Shown in pieces: positions 39,327 through 54,300 of a stretch of 64,000 nucleotides of DNA (position 1 is the first letter of the stretch; the number at the start of each line of letters is the position of its first letter). The stretch covers positions 248,001 through 312,000 of the forward strand of contig NMRA01000343.1 in the NCBI GenBank assembly GCA_002633005.1. Direction: 5' to 3'. This DNA comes from Phoronis australis (taxonomy: Eukaryota > Animalia > Phoronida). A program made the translations under genes and the position numbers. The notes beneath the pieces were generated by a model that saw only the letters and a program-made list of their open reading frames with translations, was not told the DNA's origin and ran no database searches.

Positions 39327-39369
39327 ATGTTTGGACAAACCAAGCCATTCAGTTTTGGAAGTACAGGAA
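39327..39369 (+). CDS. NUP98: Nup98-96 coding exon 1 ([14 protein letters not shown])
   Basis: ATG after an acceptor ending at 39291; donor A|GTATGT, phase 1. Confidence 0.85.
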
Positions 39370-42300
39370 GTATGTTTTACTTTATACTTGTTTAGTGTGT
39401 GGTGGGTGTGTTAGTCTGTATATAGTTAGTGGTAAGTGTGTTAGTTTGTATTTAGTTAGTGGTAGGTATATTAGTGAGTATGGACACCCACATCTTAATT
39501 AGTTTTGCGATGGTTTCTAATACCAGAAGCTGTCGAAGGTTGTAGATTTAAATAAAATTTTCATTTTTTGATGCTAAAGTGCTCTAAATATTAAATGGAT
39601 ATATGTATATAATCTAGCTATCATTACATATGCAAATCTCACTTCTGTACATCTTTTTTTAACTTCATTTATTGCCAGCTGTGAATGTTATGATGCTTCA
39701 TAAAGTAACCTATTAAAAGTATCTGAAAAGTGTATTTTTCATTGCCTTTATACATGAATAACTGTCCATTAGATGTTTCATCTGTTTCTCTGCATCGGTT
39801 TTTCAGGTGGGTTTGGTGGCCAGGCGGCGACCACCTTTGGAACTGCCACCCAGCCGACGTTTGGTTCCTTCGGCTCACAGAACCAGCAAAACAGCATGTT
39901 TGGTAGTGCCGCGAACACCACAGGTTCAAGTCTTTTTGGCAGTACCACACCAGCGTTTGGTAGCAGCACTGGCACACAGTCAACAGGGTTCTGTGAGTAG
40001 TCTACTACACTTTGCTGTTAGTTGGTTGTATTCATACATTGTCAGTTGGTAGGAACGCCATCATTCAACCGGGTGTATTGAGTAGCTTACTGACGCTTGT
40101 CAGCTAGTTGAGTTCGGACGTTGTTGGTTCACACAAAATTGCTGAAATGAAGATCTGCAGGAAGTTGAAGTCGCTCATTATTTGACTGTCAAATTTGTGA
40201 AGTAGCTTTAACGCAGACATTTTGTGTAAGCCCCTAATGAAAAATTTTGTTATTTCTTTGGGCCATTGGAAATAGGCTCTTTAACAATGCAGTTCTTGTA
40301 TCAATGCAGGCACGTTTAAAATTGTTTTGTCTTGCAATACTGAATACCAGGCTAATGATCATTTTTTGCAATACTTGCTGTGCTATTGAAGGTTATCTTG
40401 GTACTGATTATTATGTTAACGGGTTCATGTGTTATTCACTACAGCTTTTGGCCAGACAGCTACTCCACAAAGCGGAGGACTGTTCGGTAGTAATCAAACA
40501 GGGGGACTGTTTGCAACGCCTGCCACAAAGACATCGACATTTGGAGGTTTGTTTCAAGCATTTGTTATCCACATGCCAGTAATATTGATTTAGAATTAGA
40601 ATCATTTCATCATTTTGTGACGTTTCTTCACTCATGCATGGATCTGCTTGCGGTCAACCATTGTGACAGGATTCTGGCTTTGGTCACTTATTATAACCAG
40701 GAATTCTGGGCCATTTTGTACAGTTATCTTTTACAAGCTGTGTACTGATGATTGAGTTAATTTCTGTTGTTAAAAAGTAAGTTTTGTGGTCTATTGGTAA
40801 TGCTGGAGGATTATTCTTGCGTCAGGGATACGCAGGTGTTAAGAAATTGTACCATGTGATAGCTGCCTATATAAATACAAGTATGAGAGGGAAAAGCCGC
40901 AGTAACTTGAATTACTGCGGCGAGAACTGGATATCTTGCATTTTTTGTTTCGAGATCTGTGATAAATTATGTTGAAGTGATTAAGTTGTAAATGCAGATC
41001 GGGTGATATTTTGATGAGAAATGTGAGTCTCTCAGCCAGCGCTCTAAAGTAAACCATACTGGTTGCTTACCAGTCTGTTTTTAGGGAAAGGGAATTTTTG
41101 TACCGAGATTTACAAAGGAATCGTCTTATTGTAAATAATGGTGTTCTTGCTGTTCGCAGGCTTCGGTAATAACACATCCACATCTACGAGTCTGTTTGGT
41201 GGTACCAGTACCAGCACTGGCAGCAAGTTGTTTGGTGGATCGGGCACCACGTCCAATTTATTTGGAACAGCAACTAGTAAGTGTCTTATAGTTATTGCAA
41301 ATGACCTTTAACTTTCGCCCTTTGCTCTTGATGGAACTACACGCGCAGAGCTTCTTGCTTGGATAAAAAATTTATCTTCAAACTTTTTTATTGGATTAGT
41401 ATGTTGTTTATAAATAATTGATACTGTCTTGAAATAGCATTATTTGAGTATTAGCTTTGAATTATGTAGTTTTGGATTTAATCAATTGGAAATCAAATGT
41501 TCAGGTCAGCTGTGCATCTCGTATTGTTTCCGTGGAAGGCTCCGCGTTAATATGTGGATGGGAATTTCCCCAAACCGGTTTGAACCGGTTCTGCATGGTT
41601 CTACGTGATACGTCATTTGTAGCCGGTGGGCCTTGTTGTTGGGTTTTCCCCTGTTTCCAGATATAGAATTCAGTACCGACGGTCGGCTGCACTGTAATGG
41701 AATATTCCACTGCATCTGGCTGGCGCCGGTTTTGCATAATGCGTCGAGCACTTGATGTCTGCACCTTAATACTGGGATTTTCCAGTAATTTGTTGTTATA
41801 AGTAAACGATAGTTTGGTGGACTTAGAAAACACATGCAGCGACTGCTGTTCTTGTAAGCATTTGATTTTTGGCTTGGGTACAATAGAGCCATAGCTGTAG
41901 GCCTGTAAGCTCTATTGATGATCCATGCATATGTGTCATTGTTCAAAGATAAAGCTTCATGTTTACTTCATTTTGCAACAAACATTACCATACTGTGTTA
42001 CTCTGGGCAGGAAAGACTAGCATGTTAATTTTAGGGCTTGGAATTTAACTTTTTAAAGAGGGTTTCCTCTTTTTTGGTTTCAATTTCCTCTTATTTGATT
42101 TCTAGTTTCCTCTTTTTTGTCTCTTTTCATTATTATTTTGATTTTACTCATGCAAAAAATTTATTCCAGTTAAATTTTACAACAAAAATATTTCTGTCAC
42201 GTAAGCCAATGTATTAGTGGATACGTCACCAGAAAAAATCTTCCTCTTTTTAGTCATTAGTCATTCCAAGCTCTGTAATGTGGACATCGATGAATATAGG

Positions 42301-45300
42301 AAAATGACTGAACCGCTATGGGAAAAGTGCTCAGGGAAAATCTTGTTTTCATCTTCACTAATGTGATGATGTATAAGGCAGGATTCAGGGGCTTGACGCA
42401 TTGGGTTGAAATTTAAACTTGCAAAAACAGTTTTTATTTGCCACTTTAAAAGCAGTTCTTCCTGTGTTGTTTTAGGGTTTCTGAACTCCAAAAGAGAGTG
42501 ATGTTTTCCTTGTTTTTTTTCTGACCTGTTTTTTTCTTCATAGCCTTTGGTACCACAGCACTCAATGGAACAACGGTGAAGTTCAACCCGCCGTCTGGTA
42601 GCGATACTATGCTCAAGAATGGAATATCAACCAGTATCTCAACCAAACACCAATGCATTACAGCAATGAAAGAATACGAGACCAAGAGCTTGGAGGTAAT
42701 GTTTTATGCTGTCAAGAACATGTTACGTAATTAAGCTGTTTGTCAAGTAAACAACTTTTGATTTAGGCTACTTAGCAAGTCCCTTGGTGCCTCAATTTTG
42801 CGGCCAAATATCGGACTCATTCTCAGGGCTGCCAACTGTAATGGATTTATCCGGATTTTACGTACTTTTAGGGCCTGAAAAATCATTATGCACAGATTTT
42901 CAGATGTTAAGGATTTTGATAAGTCGTCAGTGTTTCGAAGCTCCTGATCAGCGAAGATCGAAGCAGGAAGCACCACAAAGTGATGAAAATTACCGTGAAC
43001 ACATGATCCGACCAATAAGACATATCCTGAGTACCAGTGTAGAATGCAATTTGCCTATGAAAATTCCCTTTTGTGATTGGTCAGTTGGAATTTTTTGTGA
43101 ATGACTAGCCAATGAAAAATGCGCGTACTTGGTTTTGCAGAGTGGACATTGCCGTGTTGATGAAAAATGCAGCTTGTCCAATATTTGAGAAAAATGCGAA
43201 AAACCGCCTGTGTCCCAATGTTCAGAATTAAGAAAATCCAATTTTGGCTTGAATTTTGGTGTTCGAAATTTTAGAGAATGTACCGAACTGGAGAATTTTT
43301 ACCGTACTTGATCCTGATGCACTCTAAACTGTGACATGGCCGAAACCAGTTCAACTTTGAACTGTTTTGTATTGCAGTGGTTGAATTCTTGCAGGCTCTG
43401 CAGAGTTATAGATAGTTGTTTAAACTGTATTTCGTGTTGTTCAACTCCATGAAGCCGTGCCTCATGGTATGTAAAACTTGATACTTATTGCTTTTTTTAC
43501 TCCAGGAACTCCGAGTTGAGGACTATTTGGCTAATCGTAAAGGGCCCACAACCACAGGGACTGGATCACTGTTTGGCACCGGCACTCAGGCCATGCCTGC
43601 ATTTGGAGGTGGAACCACAGGGTTCTCGCTAAGTACCCCCGCCACTAAGTCCGGATTTGGAGGTAATGCATTATAAATTTTACAGGCTTTTAAAGCGTGT
43701 GTCTCTTCATCTAGCGTTTGATGTAATATTTGGAACTGTGCCTGCATGTCACACATGTCAACAATAGACGATTAGGCCGTCCAATGAAATATTTTCTTTT
43801 CATTTGCTTCCCCCCTGACTTCACTGGGATGGGTTGGCAGATTGGCAAAATGTTTATTTTTTTAATTGTCGTGGCTTGCTCAACTTTTTTCTGAAGGGGA
43901 AATATTTCATTTCTATAATCATAAAAATCTTTGGTCAGATTGCAATTAAGAAATGTTTTGGGCTCCGCACCTATTTTACGCTTGGTCGCATGAAGCAAAC
44001 TATAATCTATGCCCTATCCCCTTGCAGGTTTTGGTGGATTTGCCGCCACAGCGACTACTGGTCCACAGACCAACATATTTGGTGGTACGCAGCAGAAATC
44101 ATTGTTTGGCTCTGCAGCCACCACCACCAGCACAGCATCAACAGGATTTGGCGGGTTCATTGGTGGAGGCACAAATCTGTTTGCCAATAGCATTAAGGTA
44201 GGCTGTGGGTCGTAGGAAGGGCAAGTATTTCATCATTTGTTGAAGGACTTTTGTATGTGTATACATGTTTTTGTCTCTAGGTGTCTTAAGAAGTGTGCTT
44301 GTGGGAATTTAGGCATTTTTTCAGTTATAGCATATTGAGTTCTTACTAAAGTGGTGTGTTCAACTTTGTTTTCTGTTTAGTTAGTTTTGTTTTTGTCTCA
44401 AAGGGGAATATTGCCTTCTTTGACAGCGCTTATGGTCAATTTCAGATACTTTTATTATGTAAACTATTCAAGATATTTTTAATTGATTTTTATAAAAACG
44501 GTACTATTAGCTGTGATAATGTGAGCAAGTGGCACAATATAAGCAGAATATGTCTGACCAGATAAATTACCATTGGTTTTAATTATTACGTGTTTCCGGC
44601 AACTTTACGGAGGTTAAAGGCAGTTATGTAACGGGGGCTGTGTCTGAAAATCTGCTTGTGTCTGCCATTGCGTTCTGTTACTAAGAAGCTTGTACACATC
44701 TTTACACAATGACTTCCGGAACTTGCTCAGTGCGTCACCACGTCCGACTTAAGCTATTTTCCTCAATTTCCTTTTTATAGAAACTGACGGAAAAATTTAA
44801 AAATGTCATAGGAAGCAGACATGTCGTATTGACCAAAAGTTCCTTCAAAAAAGAAGCATTACCGTTTAATGGGTCAATTCTTTGCCCTATGTTGAGTTTT
44901 GATTTAAAAAACAACTGTTCAATGAATTGAGTGGTGGATAATAAATAAAGCAAAAGGTGCTATGACTCTCAGCTGTATGCTGATTAGCTTTTGTCAAGTT
45001 ATGTCTTGCTCCTGGTCAATTTTTTGTTACCTTTCAGCCTGCGTTTGGGGGTACGACCACTGGCTTTGGCACGTCAACGAATAACACCTTTGGTGGCACC
45101 AGCACAGGCTTTGGCGGATTTGGCTCTGGGACAAACACTGTAAGTGACTGTGTTATTATTGGTGCGTTGATGATGTAGGTGCTCTGTTGCAGTGAATCCT
45201 TGGGATTGAGGTTGCCACAAACACCGTTTTTTGTTGAAAATATTGCAGTGGGGCTGTAGTGAAATGAACAGCACAGTTTTGAATTAACATACTGGTTCAC

Positions 45301-48300
45301 TTCTACAGCGAAATGTGCTGTGTTGTCGCAGTGTTAAAGGTTAGCGTAAATTGGCGTGAAGTAACTCAATCTTCTGTGGCTAAGGTTTTAAGGAAACTTA
45401 TCTCGGTTATTACATTTTTCAGGGCTCGTCGTTATTTAGTAACAAGGCGGCATTTGGCACTACCACGACCACTCCCAGCAACAGTGGGACGGGGTTCTCA
45501 TTTGGGTCTACTGCGAATACTGGGTCATCATTGTTTGGTGGTAATGCCAATAAGACGGCCACGGGTGGATTTGGAGGCTTCGGTACTGTTGGTGGGACAG
45601 GCTTCAGTAAGTTGTTGAGCTTCGTTAGTTTGTTATTCATTTACTAGAGAGTAAACTGTAAGATAGTGCCAGAGTGTAGAATTCAAATTTAGGGTAAGAA
45701 GTGCCTACTTTTAGTTTCCTCTTGTGACTGAATGTTTACTGTGTTTGTTCGTATTAACTCCCATGGCTTTTTAATTAATACACTAAAAAATCAGTGGATG
45801 TTGAAAATGGAACGGAATTTTTGAAACATCAGGGATGGGTGATTCTACTTCTGGCCAAGGGAGTTGCATTGATGTCTGTCAACAATAAAATGAAACTTCC
45901 ACTGAATATACACAATGCACCACTTGCTTGTTTTCCTGTTTGAAGTTTTTTTGTGTTGGAATTGTCAGATCTAAGCACTCTAAATCTGGGAGATCCTTGT
46001 TTTCCAACCAGATCATGACTAGAAATTTTGCCTTCTGGTAGGAGGGTGATTTCCCACAATTCTTTGTGCATGAAGAGTGCTATAAAGGAGAACAGTTCTA
46101 ATGTTATCAGCAGTTAAACTTCACTCCACTTTCCTCTTCTCTTTTACAGACACGGGTGGTACATCGATGTTCTCTCAGAACAAGCCAACGGGATTCGGTG
46201 TGGGCACTGGCACCACGGGATTTGGCACGTCTACTGGTTTTGGCACCCAGTTAGGAGGCACTGGTCTGTTTGGAGCCAACACACAGACTAGCACAGGTAT
46301 GTTGGATATTTCTGTTTGCTGTTTTGCGAGTTGTTGAGAAGTGTGTGCATTTTTACAGTGTCATGGTGGTGACGTCATAGGATGAAAGGTTGGAGAAAAA
46401 ACTCCTCAGTTTAGTAGACAGTATGAGGGGGAAAAGGAATTTCATTTCGTCAACTATCTCGATAGTTATTTTTTTAACAAAATATGTTCGACATATAGAA
46501 AAATTCGGAACATTTACAGCAATGAAGCAAGTCCTAATTGGTAACTCTATCAAAATTATTTTCATTTCAAATGGAAAAATTTTTGCTGTATTTACAGATC
46601 AGGGGCCTGTTCTAAGCTAAGGCAAATCTTAAATTTCCGTTAATTTTAAGATAAACCTTAAATTTGCCTCCAGTCTCTTTCATGAAAGAGACCTTAGACG
46701 TGACTTAAGTTTTTGACTTGAGTTTTGTCTTAATTTTGACTTACTTACCGGAAGTGGAAATTTCAAAGTTTGGACTTTGAGACAAATGTTTGTTTTCAGT
46801 CAAAAATGAACTTTAGTTAGTTTCCTGGAACGGGCCCCAGCTCTTTGTTGAATTTTTACTTCTATTCAGTTATCAAGACTACACACATACCCAGAGAAGG
46901 TCGGATGTATAATTGTTCTGCTTTACTTCTTTCAGGCTTCAACACTAATCCACTGGGACTGCAGAACACCCAGCAGGCAACTTTGGGCGCCACTGCATCC
47001 AACGTCAACGCTGCCGCAGCACAGCAGGCACAAATCCAGCACCAGTTGATCGCGCTCACAAACTCACCGTATGGCGATTCGCCACTGTTCAGGAACCTTA
47101 CACAGGTATGTGGTGTTGTTGAAGGGTTCATAGTAATGCATAGTGAACTCTCAATGAGCTGGCTGGGAGTTTAATTCCTGATTTCTGCAGTAGTTAAGGT
47201 TGTATCAGTCAAGGTAGCATACAATGTGGCGGACAAGTAAAATATAGTTTGTGATATTAAGAAAATGTTAACGTGTTGATAACTTAGTATATAGCGTTTA
47301 GATGTTGTAAACCAACTTTTGGTAAAGCTTCTATAATTTGCAGAGTTAACAGCCTATTACAAATAGAAAATGACAACGCTGTCAGTTAGATGTGAAATAA
47401 ATGATGGAATACTGTGCTTAATCAGCATTGTTTGGCTAATGAAGTGAGTTTGAATAATCTGTCATGAATTAGCATTGCATTGTGCAGGAGTTGAAGGACT
47501 GTGAGCCACACATAATGCTGAAACTAGTCTAACTAACGAGCTTAATTTGAAGTCAACGACTTTGGAAGGATTTATTTATATTTTTGGGGTCAAAACACGT
47601 GCAGTTTTTTAGTTCTATACTAGACAGTTGCATAGGCTTGTACTCTGCTTTTTGCCCATATTTCAAACTATTGTAACTTGAAATTAGTATCTGAATGTTC
47701 AAATGTTTCATGTCTTATATCCTTTGGCTGTGGCACCTTAGAATAGAAATAACGCAGGGCCTTTTGCACCGTCACAGGACCCCTCCAAAAGGGAAGACCT
47801 GAAGCCAACCAACCCGGCAGCCCAGAAGGCCATCCTGAGCCAGGCCTCGCAGTATAAGGTGGGCGGGGCCATCAGGACCACGCCCAAGGTCAAGGCCAAG
47901 CCACTCAACTCCTTACTGGCTGATGGAAAGGTAAGTAAACCATTTGTATTTGTCGTTAAGCTGGTTCCTGTTGGTGTAGTTAGTGAATGGCTTCGAGCAG
48001 CTGTTTCAGCAAATGAATGAAATTAGATGAGCTTTTTCATTACTTAAACTGCGTAAAGCAGGATACTCAGTTCCATTGTTGCTAAGTCATGTAGAAAAGG
48101 CGTTTTATCATCACTGCCCAGCTGCGTAATGTTGTGGCTTAGATGTTATAAAGAGCTGTTTGCAAACCATGTAAGTTCTGAAAGCCTTAGGAGATAAGTT
48201 ATAAACCTAGACAGTGGGTGGTTTTGAGTGGCTTTGACATGTTTGTATTAATAGCATAGTCTGTTTCATCAGTTTCTGTGAAACTAGCAGGCTTTCTGGC

Positions 48301-51300
48301 TGGACCTTTCTCACGGAGAAGTAAAATGTATTTAAAGGAGTCTTATGTGTCTATTTTTTCTTCTGATGTTTGTGTCTAAAACAGTTTTGTCAACTCTCAA
48401 AAACTGATGCTTGAGTGTGATCACCGTGGGGTCGTGCTCACTGCTGTGGCAAGTTGTCTTCAATGTGCTGTCGCATGTTAAGTCAGTTATAATGGGCTAT
48501 CAGTGGCGAGGCATCGAGTGTAAATTGCAGATATTTACTTGCAGTCTCAGCTGTTCGAAGGTTTGGAGGAAGCTGACTCGTCCTTTGGCGGAAACGACAC
48601 ATTCATGCCACGCAAGAGTGTTAAGAAGCTCGTCATCAAGAAGAGTTCTCCAAACAACTCATCCCTCTCTAGCAGTTTCATGCAGTCCAGAAACGACGAT
48701 CTTGTTGCCCCGGCGACCACCTACTCTGGCAACATTTCAATGACCACGCCTCAGAAGTAAGAAATATGTTTTCTCTATTGTTGTCACATTCATGGAATAA
48801 GCTAACTTTAATCATTCTCAGTGTCAAGCTTGCTACAGTAGCTACGGAAATGTGCTTTTAGCATAAATTATGTTGAACTTATCCTTCTAACGTTAAATAT
48901 TCTTTTAGCATAAATTATGTTAAACTTAATCCTTCTACTGTTTAAGGAGAACATTCAACTTTCTCTGTCGTGTTTTCTCATCTCACTTAACATTACATTG
49001 GTGGTCTCTTATGTGACAAATGTGAAAATGTTGCCTAAAGTAACCTGAACATCTATAAATTAATCCCATACTTGTGGTCTTTATGGTATGCATCGTTAAT
49101 CAGTACAGCTTTGTGTGTAATAAATTTGTAGTACTACTTGTGTTGTTTTTCTTGTAGATCAATCGAGCAGCAGGTTGAGACACCTGAAGTTATCTTGGGC
49201 TCCAAGTCTGTCGGTCGCCCTTCGCTGTCCGACGAACGGTAATCTTTACGACTTGACTTTGAGAAGGGAACTTAGTTCAGAGATGCATATCAACTATTTT
49301 CAAGTACTGAAGGAGTAGTTTTGAAAGTTAGCATTTTCTTCTGTTAGTGAATGTTCAGTGATCAGCATAGATTTGATATTTTAAAGTATGAAAAAATGAA
49401 CTTTGCTTATTTCGCTGAGTTATATAATTGCTGCTTCAGTTTTTCTGGAATAAAACAGTACAGGTAGAAAATTGTATTTGAATACTGCACTTGTGTGAAG
49501 CCAGTAACTGGTGTTGTTTCTGCCGTGACATTGTCAGATTATGCATGTATGGTACAGCGATGTTGTATCTGTTGTAGACCCAGTTTGGATGACACTATCT
49601 CAGTCCTCAACGCCAAAAACAAGAAGCAGTTGGACTCTGTCGACTCTCTGCAGGAGGAATTCAGCCATGATGCAGACTCTGATAGGGTAAGCATGAAGAG
49701 ACGATGAAAAATTTTGTATGCTGTTCCATAGGCCATCACTTGATGCGAGGTCGTATTTACTGACACGTTCGGATGTAATTTGCTGTTGTTCCTTGTCAGT
49801 TGTTGGGTTAGTAATGGAGGACACAGTGGCTGAAGTAGACAGAAATTAACGTAGCCAAATAGTCTTTATTAGATGAATTTGTGATGTGCATTGGCGTGGC
49901 ATATACATAGACTAGACAGAATGCAAGAATGTCAGCTTGTCTCCTTGACAGCATCTGTTAACTGAGATATCCTGAGTAATTTGATGTCTTGTAGTAAAAT
50001 ATTTGCACACATTGCAAGCGTAACAAGTTTTCTACAATTGGGATTTAGTGTAGACAGGTATTGTGCCAAAAATTGCTGGTAAATTTTTACGACGTGTCTT
50101 TTGTTACTCCAGAGCGTTTCCCCTCCGCCTGTGCCCCACCCCACGGGCATTGTTCTTCACCGGCCAGGCTACTACACCTTTCCCACTCTGGATGAGCTGG
50201 CCGGCTTGGTAGACAATAATGGTGATTGCTTTGTGGAGAACTTCACTGTGGGCCGGGAAGGCTACGGAAGTGTCTTCTTCCCTGGTGAGACGAATGTGGC
50301 TAACATGAACTTGGATGAAATTGGTGAGTAGTTTATGTATTCTGCTTTAAAATGATCATCATTTTATTTGGCTGTTGGGTGAAATAAAGTAACGAGTTGT
50401 GTAAAATCTGTGTTTGTTTGAACAAGTGATTTTAACATGATTGACACCATTGGATTTGTGTTTGACATAAGCATGGAATGATGTTTGACGGGAGACCTGT
50501 GACCTCTGCTCTTTACTCGAGACTTAACTTGAAAATTGGTCAATGATGTGGCCTGCTTCGAAAATGGACCAATGGTGTGGCCAGCTTCTATTCAGCTTCC
50601 AAATTTCATGTGATTTGATTGAATTATTTTCCAGATAAGTCTTGAATAAATCTTGGTGGTCACAGGTTTTTCTCCAGAAAACATTACTCTGTAGAAACGA
50701 TACGTCAAAAATGTCATGAGTCCTATTTACCTCAGTTGTTCCTGATCTCTACTTTTGCATTTGCATTTCAGTTCATTTCCGACGCAAGGAGATCACCATC
50801 TATCCCGATGACAACAACAAGCCCGAGGAAGGCCTGGGGCTGAATAAGAGAGCGGAGGTGACGCTCGACTGTGTCTGGCCCACGGATAAGACCACACGGT
50901 CGCCCATCAAGGTAGAATGTCTCATATTGAACAACTTATCAGATTTACTTGTAGGATAGTACAAAGAATTAAAAGCATAAGCTTAGGATTTAAACATTCA
51001 AAGATATGCTCTCTACTCAATGTTTAGTTCTGTTCATTCAAGGCAAGACAATTGACCTTTGCATATGACTAGTAAAAACGAGAAGTCATTCTTGATGAGC
51101 GTTGGTGGAAGTTGTACGCTGCAACTTATTTTGCACATGGCATCCATTCATCATTTTCTTGCATTCTGCACTAGTACTTGTGCGTGTTGTCGGTAGTTAT
51201 CAGAGCTTTGATTTAACATGCTTCTGCAATTGTATTGTGTATTAATGAGCTTACTTATCTATTGAATGAATAACAAAATGATGGGGCAACTTTCTGAGAC

Positions 51301-54300
51301 TGATTGCTTTTGTTGACAGAGCCCTGACCGCCTGAAGCTGATGAATTATCATGACAAAATTGAATTATCCACCATGAGGATCGGAGCCAAGTTCATCGAT
51401 TACAGACCGGAAACTGGGTCTTGGGTGTTTGAGGTAAGTGTTCACCAGTGCTGATTTGCTGACACACTTAGGGTTTTGCTCATTTTCATGGTCATTAAGT
51501 AAAAAATCACCCTCTGTCATTCTCATGGTTAAGAGTGTAACTTTCTTGGTGTTTTCTTGACAGTTTGACATCTTTAGAAATGTCTTAGATGCGTTCATCT
51601 GTTCAGTGTTTAATCAATGTCTTAAAAAGAAGAAGGGCTCATGGATACTTGCTTTTCACAAAATGATTTTTGTTCATGTAGCACAGTCACGAACACGATC
51701 TTTTGTTCATGTGTCTTGAGACTTGATGTTTTACATCATCTCACCATTGCATTTGTTGTCTTTTAGGTTAAGCACTTCTCCAAGTATGGACTGGCAGATG
51801 ACTCGGACGATGAGGTGGATGGTAGTGAGGCCAACATCAAGAAGTTGAAGATGCTGCAGCAACAACAGCTCCATCTTCAGGTAAGAACCTGTAGCTAGCA
51901 AAAGAGGGTGCTGTTGTGCAGTTTGCTATTGACAACTGTCACTCAGTGAAGTCTGATCTCTATGTTATTCTTGATTTCTTTGCTTCTTTTAAGTGTACTG
52001 TAGGTTTTTGCGATTCCTTAAACATTTTCACCATTAAAAACTGACAAAGTCCCCAAAAGACTTGAAAAATAGCGAAAGTTGTGCTAACAGTTTAACAGTG
52101 GTAAATGTGCCCAATTTAGTCTTGAAACAAAAACCAGCGAATGTTGGTGACCCACTGAACTAGTCTATTATGACCCCATCATGTCATTGCTTGTAAGATG
52201 TGTTTCACTTGAACTTGTCATACCCAGGATGTATGCTTTATCCCATGTATTGCCTAAGACAAGAGCGTGTATGTTTGTAAGACTCCATCATATCCAGCCG
52301 AGCATTTGACACCTTCTCTATTCTCATCTCAGAAACAGAAGATTCAGCTGACCAATGGCAAGCAGCCCCCAGCAACAGTCAAACAACAGCAGGTGCAGCA
52401 ACATTTGCCGAACAAGCAGCTAGCGCCACCTGTTGAGATACTGCAGGAGCCGATGGTGGATGATGAGGACAGCGACATGGAAGATATAGAAAGAGAGGCT
52501 TTGCCAGTGGTGCCCTCCGATGGCGACGACGAGATGCCAGGTAGTTTCACATTGCTAGTTAACGGGTAGTGATGATGATACTGATTGGCTGGTATGGTTT
52601 ATGTGTGGTTGGATTAGCAGAGGTGGAACTGCAGCAATGTATGGCTAACCCACGACCTCTTCTTTAATTGTGTCATTGTACACAATTTGTGATCACATGT
52701 GACGTTTTCTTAAACTTAGATTTGGTACAGCAACTAACCTTTGGTGGGTGAAAGGTACCTTTGCATGCGTCAATGGTAAAAATCATATGGCACAAAACGT
52801 TCCTCACAAATTCTGCAGTGCAGACTGGATAGAGAACAATGGTTGGGATCCAGAAATTGTCAACAGTTCGCAATATATGATAAAGTGTCGGTGCTGGAAA
52901 CTGATGAAAGTTGAAGAAATTACGTTAGACAAAAGTTGTAACTATATTTGAGGGTGCTCAACTGGGTCCTTAAATCACTTGGTCCTCTAGTGTAAAGTGG
53001 CTTTGATTTCACATCATAGCGAGCTACTGTTCTTAAGACAGATGGAAAAAATTTTCAACTCGTCAGAGCTCGTCTTCCTGGTGTTGACTAGCTACTGAAA
53101 GCAAAGCTCGAACTTTATGGATCAAATTAAGCCCATTGTCTCCCAGCAATGGTAAATGTTTTGCGACTTCTAACGAAAATGTCGAAAGTGCATCAGCTGA
53201 AAACAAAGAAATGCATAATTTCAAAATGTGATCATTTCATTGATATTTATTATTTATAAAAACTTAGTCCTACTAATTCAAGTGGGGGTTAAAATCTTGG
53301 TTTCTTAGGTTTTTATCTGATTGGCACTGAGAATATTTTCAACAATTCCGTGTACCTAGGGAATGTGCCCCCTGAAGTTTGAAGTGACATATTCTGGTTT
53401 ACATTGTTTATGAAATAATATTGCCAATTGCTTACAGGAATTGTTATTATTTCTATTTAACCTTAAAAATATCCACTGGACCATAACTGTAAAGTAGGTG
53501 GAACAATGGTTGTATTATAGTGAGAAATTATTGTTTATTTAATATATGACTTAAAGGGACGATATTAGTTTTACAATACATTTTTGTGATGGATGGGATA
53601 GACTTCATGAAGTTACTAATTTTAACCATAGCTATAAAATGTTTGTGTTTTTGTGACTGTTACAAATCGCCAATTCTTGTTCAAGTCTGCCAAACAGTCA
53701 CTAAAATCAATCGCAAGACTGGTGGCTTTGTCAGTTTTCGAGTGGGATTGAACTTAACCAGCGGAGGACTGGACTGTTACTGTAAATGGTTGCTGGTTCG
53801 ATTCCCCACTGCGTCTGATCTGAGAATTACAACTTTCCTCACTAATAGTGTCCCTGTAAACTTAAAATTGTTGTGAATAAAGCCACGTAATCTTTTGTAC
53901 ATAACGAGACTTTGGTGGTATTGTTGTACTCAAGTTTCTGTTGTTCAGTTCATCCAATTCAGGTTTAGCTGATGTTGAATTGAAACTGAATGAAACAATG
54001 TAGCCATAGTAAAAGAATGCTGGAAAAGCAATCATTAACGTTTTATCTGTCACTCTTACTTCGTGTGTTGTTTTGTATGTTATGTATCTTCGTAATATGT
54101 CTCTTTGTAATTAGTATATCATATATTTTATTCTATCATGAGAGTGAAACATTTATACAGGGGTTATTTTAGAAACTGTGGGTATGGGTCAATTGTCCCA
54201 AACGTCCTCAAGTCTAAGGGTATGTTTTGATCACCTATGCGCCGTGTTAGTTTTTTTGTCCTTTCCCTATCAATTTCATTGGGTCTGTCGGTCTCGTCGG

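Noticed and set aside
39370-52332. Intronic snoRNAs in Nup98 introns
   Set aside because: Scattered TGATG/CTGA words are present, but I found no candidate with full boxes, a stem and a guide. A snoscan or Infernal run would be needed to exclude them.
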